64,000 nucleotides of DNA from an uncultured delta proteobacterium. GTDB lineage: Bacteria; Desulfobacterota; Binatia; UBA9968. The position numbers were made by a program, and so were the translations under genes. Below, piece after piece: positions 11,761-21,351 of this stretch. The notes below the pieces were generated by a model, which saw nothing but the letters and a program-made list of their open reading frames with translations, did no database searches and was not told the DNA's origin. The number at the start of each line of letters is the position of its first letter. Positions within the stretch are counted from its first letter, which is position 1. The stretch covers positions 32,001 through 96,000 of the forward strand of contig CAVSHR010000007.1 of NCBI GenBank assembly GCA_963727625.1, written 5' to 3'.

Positions 11761-12228
11761 ATCAAAGAGCTGCAGCGGTCAGGCTTCGACATGAAGAAGT
11801 TGTCGATCGTGGGCAAGGACTATCATACTGAAGAACACGTCGTCGGCTACTACAATACCGGCGACCGCATGAAGGTCTGGGGCAAGCTTGGGGCCTTTTG
11901 GGGCGGCTTTTGGGGACTTCTGTTTGGGTCGGCGATGTTTGTAATCCCAGGCATCGGTCCGCTCATCGTGTTCGGACCGCTGGTGGGGTGGATTGTCGGA
12001 GCACTGGAAAGCGCCGTCGTCGTCGGCGGGCTTGGTGCGTTGGGCGCCGGGCTGGCCAGCATAGGGATTCCCAAAGACAGCATCATGCAGTACGAGACTG
12101 CGCTCAAGTCTGACAAGTTCCTGGTCATCGCGCACGGCCCAGCCGGCGAGGTAGCCAAGGCCAAGAGCATTTTAGAGACGACCGGCGCAGCACAAATCGC
12201 CGCCCATCAAGGGGTATCGGCAGCTTAA
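11701..12228 (+). CDS. General stress protein (YflT-like N-terminus / DUF1269-like glycine zipper)
   Basis: VVGVYNSHTEAEASIKEL, WGGFWGLLFG glycine-rich TM region, SIGIPKDSI; RBS AAGGAGG. Confidence 0.85.
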   Translation: MAENNAVVGVYNSHTEAEASIKELQRSGFDMKKLSIVGKDYHTEEHVVGYYNTGDRMKVWGKLGAFWGGFWGLLFGSAMFVIPGIGPLIVFGPLVGWIVGALESAVVVGGLGALGAGLASIGIPKDSIMQYETALKSDKFLVIAHGPAGEVAKAKSILETTGAAQIAAHQGVSAA

Positions 12229-12379
12229 CTTGCTGTGACGACAACGGGCCCGGGTCTGGAGGGAGTGGCAGGGCCTGACTCGTGCGCTGGAAGCGCGACT
12301 TGTTACTCGCGCAATCCGCGTCGAGGGAGAAACAAAAGCACGGCGCGCCGAATAGGATTCGGAGACAAGGAAGAATCCC

Positions 12380-12850
12380 ATGACGAAACAAATCGTGGTC
12401 CACGGTCAGCGGGTCAAGCTCTATAGTCCAGACGGAGGACACACTTGGTCGAGCAACCCGCAAGCGATCAGTGCTTACGGACGACGGAAGGAACTGTTGC
12501 GCTTGGAGTTAAAATACAGCTTTGCGCGGATCGACGAGATGGGGGACCTCGATACGGATGATTTTAGTGAATTAGACACTCCAAAAAGCCTGACCAAGGC
12601 AAAGGAGAAAATTCATGCGCCCACCAGCGTGAATAAAGCACAGCTTGCTCGACTTGATACTAGGCGCGGCGTTTCCGGCGGCTACGCGCAAGGGCTGGAC
12701 GATTCTGCAAACCAAGTCGGACTTCTCGATCACGGAGGGTTTCATCGAAAGGTCCAACCATGTCGACAACGTCCGCGGCCGGATCATTTCTCACACGGTA
12801 AGGCGAGTTCCGTTCAGGCGAAAGCTAACGATAGGAACGAGATAAGATAA
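12380..12850 (+). CDS. Hypothetical protein
   Basis: RBS AAGGA; globular-looking N-terminal ~70 aa (YSPDGGHTWSS); the C-terminal part may be read-through. Confidence 0.55.
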   Translation: MTKQIVVHGQRVKLYSPDGGHTWSSNPQAISAYGRRKELLRLELKYSFARIDEMGDLDTDDFSELDTPKSLTKAKEKIHAPTSVNKAQLARLDTRRGVSGGYAQGLDDSANQVGLLDHGGFHRKVQPCRQRPRPDHFSHGKASSVQAKANDRNEIR

Positions 12851-12865
12851 AAGGGGGGAAAGAGC

Positions 12866-13684
12866 ATGCAAAAAAGCGTAAGTGATCTGAAGGGTAATAG
12901 CATCGTCGCAACGGACGGTGACATTGGCAAGGTGGCGGATTTCTATTTCGACGACAAATCCTGGACCATCCGCTATCTGGTGGCCGACACCGGCAATTGG
13001 CTTTTCGGCCGAAAGGTACTGATCTCGCCGATCGCAATCGACAAGACGAATTTTTCTAGCGGGCGGTTCAACGTGACGCTGACCAAGAAGCAAGTCGAGG
13101 AGAGCCCCAGCATTGACACCGACAAGCCGGTTTCACGCCAGCACGAGGCCTATTATCACGACTACTACGGTTACCCCTATTATTGGACTGGTCCTTATTT
13201 GTGGGGCCCCATGTACTTTCCTCAGCTCCCAGACGCCGATCAAAAAAGAATTGAAGAACGGCGCGCGGAGCGCGAAGAAGGCGGCGATCTTCATTTGCGC
13301 AGCGCTGCTAACGTGACCGGCTATCACATCGAGGCCACGGATGGCGGCGTCGGTCATGTCGAAGACTTTATCATTGACGATGAAACCTGGGAGATTCGCT
13401 ACATGGTGGTGGATACGCGCAATTGGTTGCCGGGCAAGAAGGTGCTGATCGCGCCGCGGTGGATCGATCGGGTGAGCTGGAACGATTCCAAGGTATACGC
13501 AAGCTTATCCCGAGAGGCGATCAAGAACGCCCCCGAGTATCAACCCGACACTCTCAACCGGGAATACGAGGAGAAGCTGCACGATCATTACGATCGGCCG
13601 AAGTATTGGGATTCTCCTGTTGCCGCCCCGAAAAGCGCCTCGGATAAAACCCGGCTTCAAGGAGCTGATCGCAGCAAAGGATGA
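12866..13684 (+). CDS. Tandem PRC-barrel domain protein (copy 2)
   Basis: Highly similar at DNA and protein level to 8369..9133, including the RBS region. Confidence 0.9.
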   Translation: MQKSVSDLKGNSIVATDGDIGKVADFYFDDKSWTIRYLVADTGNWLFGRKVLISPIAIDKTNFSSGRFNVTLTKKQVEESPSIDTDKPVSRQHEAYYHDYYGYPYYWTGPYLWGPMYFPQLPDADQKRIEERRAEREEGGDLHLRSAANVTGYHIEATDGGVGHVEDFIIDDETWEIRYMVVDTRNWLPGKKVLIAPRWIDRVSWNDSKVYASLSREAIKNAPEYQPDTLNREYEEKLHDHYDRPKYWDSPVAAPKSASDKTRLQGADRSKG

Positions 13685-13809
13685 GATATCCTTGGGCGTA
13701 AGTTGTTGGAACCCGCTGTCGGCGAAGCTGTCAATCCCTTGGCAGCTGCCATCGACGGGATCATCGCCGGATTGCTGCGGCGTTTATTACGGGAAGGCCA
13801 ACAACGTCG

Positions 13810-13910
13810 GCGGTTTCGCGCCCGGACCGGCGCTGATGCGCAAATACAGCTTGACCGCTGAGAACGCCTGCAAACGATCACTGGCGTTGCTGGAGAAAAA
13901 CATTGGCTGA
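13810..13910 (+). pseudogene. Transketolase C-terminal relic
   Basis: GGFAPGPALMRKYSLTAENACKRSLALL resembles the transketolase tail FGASAPG..LM..YGFT.ENV...A.ALL; lies directly before rpiB. Confidence 0.55.
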
Positions 13911-14397
13911 TTCGCGGACAGTGCTGCCAAGGACGCCGAAACGCATCGGTGTCGCTGCCGATCATGGAGGATTTGAGTCGAAGGAATATCTGGTCGGGAT
14001 GTTGCGTGAAGCTCGCTATGAAGTGATTGACTTTGGCGACGGGCAGCCAAACCCGGATAATGACTACCCGGATTTTGTTGTGCCCTTGGCGCGTGCAATT
14101 ACCCGCGGCGAGGTGGATCGCGGCGTGGCCATCTGCGGTAGTGGCGTGGGTGCGTGCATTGCCGCCAACAAGGTGCCGGGCGTGCGGGCGTGCCTGATCC
14201 ATGAGAGTTTTTCAGCGCACCAGGGGGTCGAGGACGACGACATGAATGTGATCTGCCTGGGCGGCCTTGTGGTCGCGAATACGCTCGCTTTGGAGTTGGT
14301 CCGAGTATTTCTCCAAGCACGATTCGGGGGCGCCGAGCGTCACCGGCGTCGTCTGGCTAAAGTCGCAGCGCTGGAAAGCAGGGAGGCAGAAGCATGA
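13903..14397 (+). CDS. rpiB: Ribose-5-phosphate isomerase B
   Basis: ADHGG, DYPDF, CGSGVG, ANKVPGVRA and RH.RR motifs. Confidence 0.92.
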   Translation: MADSRTVLPRTPKRIGVAADHGGFESKEYLVGMLREARYEVIDFGDGQPNPDNDYPDFVVPLARAITRGEVDRGVAICGSGVGACIAANKVPGVRACLIHESFSAHQGVEDDDMNVICLGGLVVANTLALELVRVFLQARFGGAERHRRRLAKVAALESREAEA

Positions 14398-14448
14398 GCA
14401 GCAACCCTTTGAAATGGTTGGGACGACTGGGTTTTTGACGATAGGGTC

Positions 14449-16125
14449 ATGAAAGTAAGCCCTCTTGCAGGCAAGCCAGCCACGCCCGCAATGCTGGTCG
14501 ACGTACCCAGACTTGTCACGGTGTATTATGCCGAGACGCCTGACGCGTCAGTACCGGAACAACGGGTTGCCTTCGGCACCTCGGGCCACCGTGGTTCCGC
14601 ATTCGAAAAGTCTTTCAATGAATGGCATATCCTCGCCATCAGTCAGGCCATTTGTCTGTACCGAAAGCGGCAGAAGATCGATGGCCCGTTATTTCTCGGC
14701 ATGGACACGCACGCGCTGTCTGTGCCGGCCCTTGCCAGCGCGCTGGAGGTGCTGGCGGCCAACGGCGTGGATGTCATGATCGCTGAGGGAGACGAATATA
14801 CCCCAACCCCCGCCGTTTCTCACGCGATTCTCACGTACAACCATGGGCGCAAGACCGGATTCGCCGACGGCATCGTCATCACGCCATCACACAATCCGCC
14901 ACATGACGGCGGTTTCAAATACAATCCCCCAAACGGCGGGCCGGCGGAAGCCGCCGTCACCGGCTGGATCGAGGCGAAGGCAAACGAGTTTATCGAGAAT
15001 GGCCTTCGAGGCTTGAAAAGGATTGCTTTCGAAAAAGCGCTGCACGCACCGACGACGCATCCACACGACTATCTTAACGCTTATGTGAGCGATCTCGCCA
15101 ATGTGCTCGACATGGACGCGATTCGCGGAGCGAGGATCGGGATGGGAGTTGACCCACTCGGCGGCGCCGGGGTCCACTACTGGGGGCCGATTGCCGAGCG
15201 CTACGGGTTGAACCTCACCGTCGTCAATGAGGCCGTTGATCCGACTTTCCGTTTCATGACGGTGGATTGGGATGGCCAGATCCGCATGGATCCCTCCTCG
15301 CCCTACGCCATGCAGAGCTTGATCCGCCTCAAGGATCGCTTCGACATCGCTTTCGCCTGCGACACCGACCATGACCGGCACGGGATCGTCACCCGAAACG
15401 CGGGGTTGCTGCCGCCCAACCATTACCTTTCCGTCGCTATCTACTACCTCTTTCAACACCGGCCGAAGTGGCGCAAGGGAGCGGCGATCGGCAAAACGGT
15501 GGTGAGCAGCCGGATGATCGATCTCGTCACCGCCAAGCTTGGGCGGAAGCTCTACGAGGTGCCGGTCGGTTTCAAGTGGTTCGTCGACGGCTTGCTCGAC
15601 GGCTCGCTTGGCTTCGCTGGCGAAGAGAGCGCAGGGGCCTCCTTCGCTCGTTTGGATGGCACCGTTTGGACGACCGACAAAGATGGAATTGTCCCGGCTT
15701 TGCTATCGGCGGAGATCACCGCGCGCATGGGCCGCGACCCCGGCGAAATCTACCGTGAGCTTGCGCGCGAGTTTGGCGAACCTGTTTACGACCGTGTCGA
15801 AGCGCCGGCTACTCCGGAGCAAAAACAAATGCTGGCGCAGCTCTCACCACGACAGATAACGTCTGCCGAGCTGGCCGGCGAAAACATTCAGAGCATCCTC
15901 ACTCAGGCTCCTGGCAACGGCGCTCCCATCGGCGGAATGAAGGTGATTACCGAGAGCGGATGGTTCGCGGCGCGTCCGTCAGGGACCGAAGACATCTACA
16001 AGATCTATGCGGAGAGCTTCCGGGGAGCGGATCATCTGCGCCGCATCGTGGAGGAAGCACAGAACATCGTCGGCAAAGCTTTGGCCGTGTCCCCACAGCA
16101 GCCGGGGATATTCCAACGGAGGTAA
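14449..16125 (+). CDS. pgm: Phosphoglucomutase (alpha-D-glucose-1,6-bisphosphate-dependent)
   Basis: FGTSGHRG, TPSHNPP, DTDHDR, GEESAG and RPSGTE motifs. Confidence 0.96.
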   Translation: MKVSPLAGKPATPAMLVDVPRLVTVYYAETPDASVPEQRVAFGTSGHRGSAFEKSFNEWHILAISQAICLYRKRQKIDGPLFLGMDTHALSVPALASALEVLAANGVDVMIAEGDEYTPTPAVSHAILTYNHGRKTGFADGIVITPSHNPPHDGGFKYNPPNGGPAEAAVTGWIEAKANEFIENGLRGLKRIAFEKALHAPTTHPHDYLNAYVSDLANVLDMDAIRGARIGMGVDPLGGAGVHYWGPIAERYGLNLTVVNEAVDPTFRFMTVDWDGQIRMDPSSPYAMQSLIRLKDRFDIAFACDTDHDRHGIVTRNAGLLPPNHYLSVAIYYLFQHRPKWRKGAAIGKTVVSSRMIDLVTAKLGRKLYEVPVGFKWFVDGLLDGSLGFAGEESAGASFARLDGTVWTTDKDGIVPALLSAEITARMGRDPGEIYRELAREFGEPVYDRVEAPATPEQKQMLAQLSPRQITSAELAGENIQSILTQAPGNGAPIGGMKVITESGWFAARPSGTEDIYKIYAESFRGADHLRRIVEEAQNIVGKALAVSPQQPGIFQRR

Positions 16126-16128
16126 ATC

Positions 16129-16530
16129 ATGAAAAAGGCAATTGTAGTTCTGGCGATCGTGTTCCTCTCAAGTATGGCGGCACAGGCACAGATGGGCGGT
16201 GGGATGGGTGGTGGAATGATGAATGAACATGAGGGCGGGGATCCGCGGGGATCTGTGACGGCAACTTCCGGAGCGGGAATTTTCAGTGCTAATTGCGCGA
16301 GCTGTCATCTCAACGGGGGAAATGTTGTGACACCAAATTTACCCGTGAATGGTTCCCGCACGTTGGCGGACTTTAAAACATTCCTTAATTTCATTCGCGA
16401 TCCCAAAATGCCTGATGGGTCTAGAGGCGCAATGCCTGCTAGTACTCAATCTAAAATCTCTGACCGGCAGGCGGAGACACTTTATCAATTTATTACCGCT
16501 AAATATGGTTCTGATAAGTCGGGAAATTAG
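16129..16530 (+). CDS. Periplasmic monoheme cytochrome c (c6-like)
   Basis: Signal peptide, Met/Gly-rich segment, CASCH heme motif, distal AMP Met. Confidence 0.85.
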   Translation: MKKAIVVLAIVFLSSMAAQAQMGGGMGGGMMNEHEGGDPRGSVTATSGAGIFSANCASCHLNGGNVVTPNLPVNGSRTLADFKTFLNFIRDPKMPDGSRGAMPASTQSKISDRQAETLYQFITAKYGSDKSGN

Positions 16531-16600
16531 GGGCATCCACCGTAGATAAGGTGGTGCTCCAGAACACGAGTGCAAGCGGCGGAGCCGTGAAGGAGAAGCT

Positions 16601-19147
16601 ATGAGCGAACAAACCCGTGCCAGCCACCCCCTCTACAATCTTCTCCCCACGGAAATCGAGGGATTCGATTCCCTGGCCGAGCTTGCCTTGGATATGCGGT
16701 CGTCGTGGAATCATGCCACCGACCAGGTGTGGCGGCAGTTGGATGCCGTGCTGTGGGAGCTCACGCATAACCCTTGGGTCGTTCTGCAGACGGTCTCGCG
16801 CGACCAGATCGAGCGCCTGTTGGCCGATCCCGCTTTCCGCAAAAACGTTGACGATCTAGTGCAAGCCAGACGCGATGCGGCGCAGGCGCCGGCGTGGTTT
16901 CAGCAGAATCATTCGCAAGGTCCCCTGACCTGCGCCGCTTATTTCAGCATGGAATTCATGTTGAGCGAAGCGCTGCCGATTTACTCGGGCGGGTTGGGCA
17001 ACGTGGCCGGCGATCAGCTCAAAGCTGCCAGCGATCTTGGCGTGCCGGTGATCGGCGTGGGGCTGCTCTACCAGCAAGGCTATTTTCGCCAGATGATCGA
17101 CAAGGAGGGCGCGCAACAGGCCCTCTTCCCATATAACGATCCCGGACAGTTGCCGATCACGCCGCTGCGCCAAGCGAACGGCGAGTGGCTGCGGTTGGAG
17201 ATCGCCTTGCCGGGTTACTCGGTCTGGCTGCGCGCCTGGCAGGTCCAGGTTGGCAGAGTGAAGCTCTACCTGTTGGACAGCAATGATGCCGCGAATTACC
17301 CCGTGCATCGAGGCATTACCAGCGAGCTGTATGGCGGCGGGCCGGAGCTGCGCCTCAAGCAAGAACTGCTGCTCGGCATCGGCGGCTGGCGGTTGCTTGG
17401 GGCGCTCGGCATCGAGCCGGAGGTCTGTCATCTGAATGAAGGGCATGCGGCCTTCGCGGTGTTGGAGCGCGCCCGCAGTTTCATGCAAGAAACCGGGCAG
17501 CCCTTCGAAGTCGCCCTGGCCGTCACTCGAGCTGGGAACCTCTTCACCACCCATACGGCTGTAGCCGCCGGTTTTGATCGTTTCGCTCCGGCTCTCATCG
17601 AACAATACCTCGGAGGTTATGCCGAGCAGAAGCTCGGCATAACCCTCCACGATTTGCTGGCCTTGGGCCGCCAGAATCCAAACGACTCGTCGGAGAATTT
17701 CAACATGGCCTATCTGGCGATTCGCGGCAGCGGGGCGGTCAATGGCGTGAGCCGCCTGCACGGGAAAGTCAGCCGGCACCTCTTCGAGCCTCTCTTTCCG
17801 CACTGGCCAGAAGATGAAGTGCCCGTCGGCCACGTGACCAACGGAGTCCACATGCCGACCTGGGACTCGGCCCCGGCCGATGATTTGTGGACGGAAGCCT
17901 GTGGAAAAGACCGCTGGCTGGGGACGACGGAAACTCTTGAGCGGGATATTCGCCGCGTCTCCGACGCCAGCCTTTGGCAATTTCGAATCGCCGCCAGCAA
18001 GTCTCTTGTTGAATATGCGCGCCAACGATTGTCCCGGCAACTGGCCTCTTCAGGCGCGTCACTGGAGGCGGCTGAAGTGGCGAAACATCTTTTTGATCCC
18101 AACGCGTTGACCCTGGGATTTGCCCGGCGCTTCGCGACCTACAAGAGACCGAACCTGCTGCTACACGACCGGGAGCGACTGCTTCGCCTGTTAACCAATC
18201 CGCAGCGACCGGTGCAACTCATCATCGCGGGCAAGGCCCATCCGGCAGATCTGGCGGGGCAGGCTCTGATTCAAGAATGGATTCGTTTCATCCGGCGGCC
18301 CGAGGTCCGCCGGCATGTGATCTTCCTCGGCGACTACGACATGCTGTTGTCCGAGCACCTGGTGCAAGGGGTGGATGTCTGGATCAATACGCCACGGCGG
18401 CCCTGGGAAGCGAGCGGAACGAGCGGCATGAAAGTACTCGTCAATGGCGGCATCAATCTTTCGGAATTGGACGGTTGGTGGGCCGAAGCCTACACGCCGG
18501 AGATGGGATGGGCGTTAGGCGACGGCCAGGAGCATGGCGATGATCCATCCTGGGATGCTGTTGAAGCACAGGCGCTTTACGACCTGCTCGAACGGGAAGT
18601 GATCCCCGAGTTTTATGCGCGCAACGAGAACGGTATTCCTACCGCCTGGGTAGCGCGTATGCGTGAAAGCATGGCGCGGCTGACACCGCGTTTTTCCGCC
18701 AACCGTACGGTCCGGGAGTACACCGAGCAACACTACCTTCCAGCTGCCGCCGCCTATCGAGCGCGCGCAGCTGACAAAGGCGCGCTGGGCAGGCAGGTGG
18801 TCGGTTGGCAGGACGCCCTGGAACAGAACTGGGCAATGCTGCACTTTGGCGACGTGAAGGTTGAGACTGTCGAACAGCAGCACGTGTTTGAAGTTCAGGC
18901 CTATCTTGGGGACGTCGATCCGGAGTCGGTGCGCGTCGAGCTCTATGCCGACGGAGTCAACGGCGAGGGCCCGGTTCGCCAGGAAATGAAGCATGTTCGC
19001 CAACTGGTGGGCTCGGCCGGCGGCTACCTTTACAGCGCGGCCGTGCCTGTTGACCGTCCAGCCGCGGACTATACGGCGCGAGTCCTGCCGCACTGCTCGG
19101 GCGTCGCGGTTCCTCTGGAAGCCGCTCACATCCTATGGCAGCGATGA
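16601..19147 (+). CDS. glgP: Alpha-glucan (glycogen) phosphorylase
   Basis: YSGGLG, HLNEGH, ARRFATYKR and EASGTSGMK (PLP lysine). Confidence 0.96.
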   Translation: MSEQTRASHPLYNLLPTEIEGFDSLAELALDMRSSWNHATDQVWRQLDAVLWELTHNPWVVLQTVSRDQIERLLADPAFRKNVDDLVQARRDAAQAPAWFQQNHSQGPLTCAAYFSMEFMLSEALPIYSGGLGNVAGDQLKAASDLGVPVIGVGLLYQQGYFRQMIDKEGAQQALFPYNDPGQLPITPLRQANGEWLRLEIALPGYSVWLRAWQVQVGRVKLYLLDSNDAANYPVHRGITSELYGGGPELRLKQELLLGIGGWRLLGALGIEPEVCHLNEGHAAFAVLERARSFMQETGQPFEVALAVTRAGNLFTTHTAVAAGFDRFAPALIEQYLGGYAEQKLGITLHDLLALGRQNPNDSSENFNMAYLAIRGSGAVNGVSRLHGKVSRHLFEPLFPHWPEDEVPVGHVTNGVHMPTWDSAPADDLWTEACGKDRWLGTTETLERDIRRVSDASLWQFRIAASKSLVEYARQRLSRQLASSGASLEAAEVAKHLFDPNALTLGFARRFATYKRPNLLLHDRERLLRLLTNPQRPVQLIIAGKAHPADLAGQALIQEWIRFIRRPEVRRHVIFLGDYDMLLSEHLVQGVDVWINTPRRPWEASGTSGMKVLVNGGINLSELDGWWAEAYTPEMGWALGDGQEHGDDPSWDAVEAQALYDLLEREVIPEFYARNENGIPTAWVARMRESMARLTPRFSANRTVREYTEQHYLPAAAAYRARAADKGALGRQVVGWQDALEQNWAMLHFGDVKVETVEQQHVFEVQAYLGDVDPESVRVELYADGVNGEGPVRQEMKHVRQLVGSAGGYLYSAAVPVDRPAADYTARVLPHCSGVAVPLEAAHILWQR

Positions 19148-19486
19148 TCCGATCGACCGAAGAAAAGACGATGAAGAAAGCGACGGTAATGGTTCGGTTT
19201 CCAGGCCTCATCGCGCACGGCTTTCTGGGCTGCAGGTGTGACACCGCTGAACCAGTCAAATGAAACTGAAGTGATATGGCCATCGAGCCCGTCTGCGGCA
19301 TTGGCATGGACAAAGAACTCAGGACTGCGCGCTCGGTGTGCCGCGTTTTGGGTCTTACCCTTGCCAAGGAACATGATCATGAAAACGGCGTCTGAAAGGA
19401 CATTGTTATAAAAGTGAAAAATGTCGGTAAGCAGAACATCCCCGCGGTCGCAACTCTGAGCTGCCCCGGGTTTCACGGACAGTTAA

Positions 19487-19574
19487 TTAAGCACCCACGC
19501 TGGTCAATTCGTACTGCATGGGTGTTTGGTAAGCCAGCGATTGATGTGTGTGATTCATAGACATCCTTTCATTA
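19487..19574 (-). pseudogene. Possible IS3-family transposase C-terminal relic
   Basis: YNER....HQSLAYQTPMQYE resembles the IS3 integrase-core tail YN..R.HS.LGY.TP..YE. Confidence 0.45.
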
Positions 19575-20686
19575 TACAGGACGACATAAGTAATTGTGCA
19601 TATGATAGAAAGGTGAGATTGAGGTTTCATGAAACCACTCACCATCAATGACCCCGACATCATCCTGGGGCTACAGGATGAGATTCGACGTTCGGAGGAG
19701 TCACGGTACGAGCATCGATTGCATGGATTGCTTCTTGTGGCCCATGGGTTGAGCTGTTGAGAGGTAGCGCAACTCCTGGGCGACTCCCCGCGAACGGTCC
19801 AGTATTGGGTGACTCGTTTTGAAAAGGATGGCTTGGCTGCAATGGTTGAAGGTGAACGGCCCGGCCGTCCCCGTGCTTTGGGAGAGAAGGAACTGGCCGA
19901 GATTAATCGAGTTTTGCGCCAGACTCCGAAAGCGGCCGGCATGGGTGAAAATCTCTGGGATGGCAAGAGCCTATCGACATTCATCAAGAAGCAATTCCGC
20001 GTGGAGCTAGGGGTGCGCCAATGCCAACGGTTGTTTCGACAGTTGGACTTTCGATCGCGCAAGTCGCGTCCCCTGATCGCCCATGCAGATTCCGAATTAC
20101 AGAGACGGTACAAAAAAAACTGAAAAGAACGTTTGGTAAAAGATCCGAACATTGATCTCTGGGCAGAAGATGAAGTTCATTTTCAGCAACATGGTTCGCG
20201 GTGTCGCATGTGGATTGCACCGGAAACAACCGATCCTGTAGTGTTGCACCAACCCACTCGCAAGAGCGTTGGCTATTTTGGAGCCGTCCGTTTGCGTGAC
20301 GGCAAGCTTGCTTACCGCCGAGAAGATCGCCGGTTCAATGCCGAAACCTTTCTCGTTTTTCTCAAGCAACTCAAGCAAAGCGCTTGTCGTTCAGGACGAC
20401 GGGTCGTGGTCCTACTCGATAACGCTCGCTACCATCATGGAAAACTTCACAAGGATTGGCGGGCACTGCATTGCAAACAATTCCAACTCGACTACTTGCC
20501 CCCTTACAGTCCTGAACTCAACCCCATTGAACGCGTCTGGAAACTTACCCGTCGCAAGTGCTTGCATAACGTTCACTTCGAGCAACTCTCAGAACTGACC
20601 AATGCTGTCGAGAGCCAATTCACCATCTGGACCAACCCCAACCAACCATTGCGCCAATTATGCGCAATTATTTAAGACGCTGTGTA
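19575..20686 (+). mobile_element. IS630-family insertion sequence, decayed
   Basis: Imperfect terminal IRs TATACAGGACGACATAAGTAATTGTGCATA / TATACACAGCGTCTTAAATAATTGCGCATA (23/30 by eye); TA at both ends. Confidence 0.9.
19629..20675 (+). pseudogene. IS630 transposase with in-frame stops
   Basis: HTH region followed by DE...DNARYH...LPPYSPELNPIE; in-frame TGA at 19758 and 20121. Confidence 0.88.
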
Positions 20687-21090
20687 TAGAATCGGGCACT
20701 GCCACGGTCCGACTCGAACTGCCATCGGGGCAATAAGAATCGCCACGTGCAGTCGCCGCGTTCCGAGAAGATCCGTTGAGCCCTGCCGATGAGATGTCGA
20801 TCGTGGGGGAGTCATATCAGAAGGCCCGCGTAAATGGTGTGATATCGAGAGCCGTAGTGAAATTTACTTTTGACAAAACCGGCGCAGTTTTAAGCGCAAG
20901 GATTGAGTTGCTTTCTCAGTGCCACCGAGATTGCACGGCCGCGTCGATGTCGGCGTTTGCCGGGGATCGCTGGTCGCTGGATTCGATCTTGACGGCCGTC
21001 CGAAGGTATTATTGTCGTACCTGTACTTCCCCGATGGGCAGCATCCCAGAGCCACAGACGTAAGTCCGTGGCACGGGGCTTAGGGGAGGC

Positions 21091-21339
21091 TTACCCACCC
21101 TTTGTTTTCTCCTGAACATAGGTAATGACATCTTGAACCGTAACAAAGTGCACTTCACCTTCGGGCATTTCAATATTGAATTCTTCTTCGATCCTGAAAA
21201 TGAGATCCAAGGTATCCAGCGAGTCCAACATCAGATCTTCGATGAGTCTGGATTCCTTTTGAATCTCACTGGGTTGTTTTTTTAAGGTCTTTGCCAGACC
21301 CGTGATAATCCGTTCTTCAACCGAAACACCCGATGCCAT
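21091..21339 (-). CDS. acpP: Acyl carrier protein
   Basis: DLMLDSLD phosphopantetheine motif, IEEEFNIE, TVQD. Confidence 0.9.
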   Translation of the reverse strand: MASGVSVEERIITGLAKTLKKQPSEIQKESRLIEDLMLDSLDTLDLIFRIEEEFNIEMPEGEVHFVTVQDVITYVQEKTKGG

Positions 21340-21351
21340 TTTTCCCTCGCC

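Noticed and set aside
6103-12807. 14-bp inverted match CTCGCCTTACCGTG (6103) / CACGGTAAGGCGAG (12794) as a regulatory motif
   Set aside because: Only two copies, and it is not conserved in the second leader copy; may be chance.
16856-18040. 394-aa minus-strand ORF and similar long antisense ORFs (e.g. 4391-5287, 29301-30065)
   Set aside because: GC-rich shadows of well-supported genes, with no motifs of their own.
19276-19395. Second YHS relic (MAIEPVCG...)
   Set aside because: Only about eight residues resemble the motif; insufficient support.
20111-20135. Functional -1 programmed frameshift at the A8 run of IS630
   Set aside because: The downstream DDE ORF is in the same frame as the upstream part, so a -1 shift would leave the frame, and an earlier stop exists at 19758; the element appears dead.
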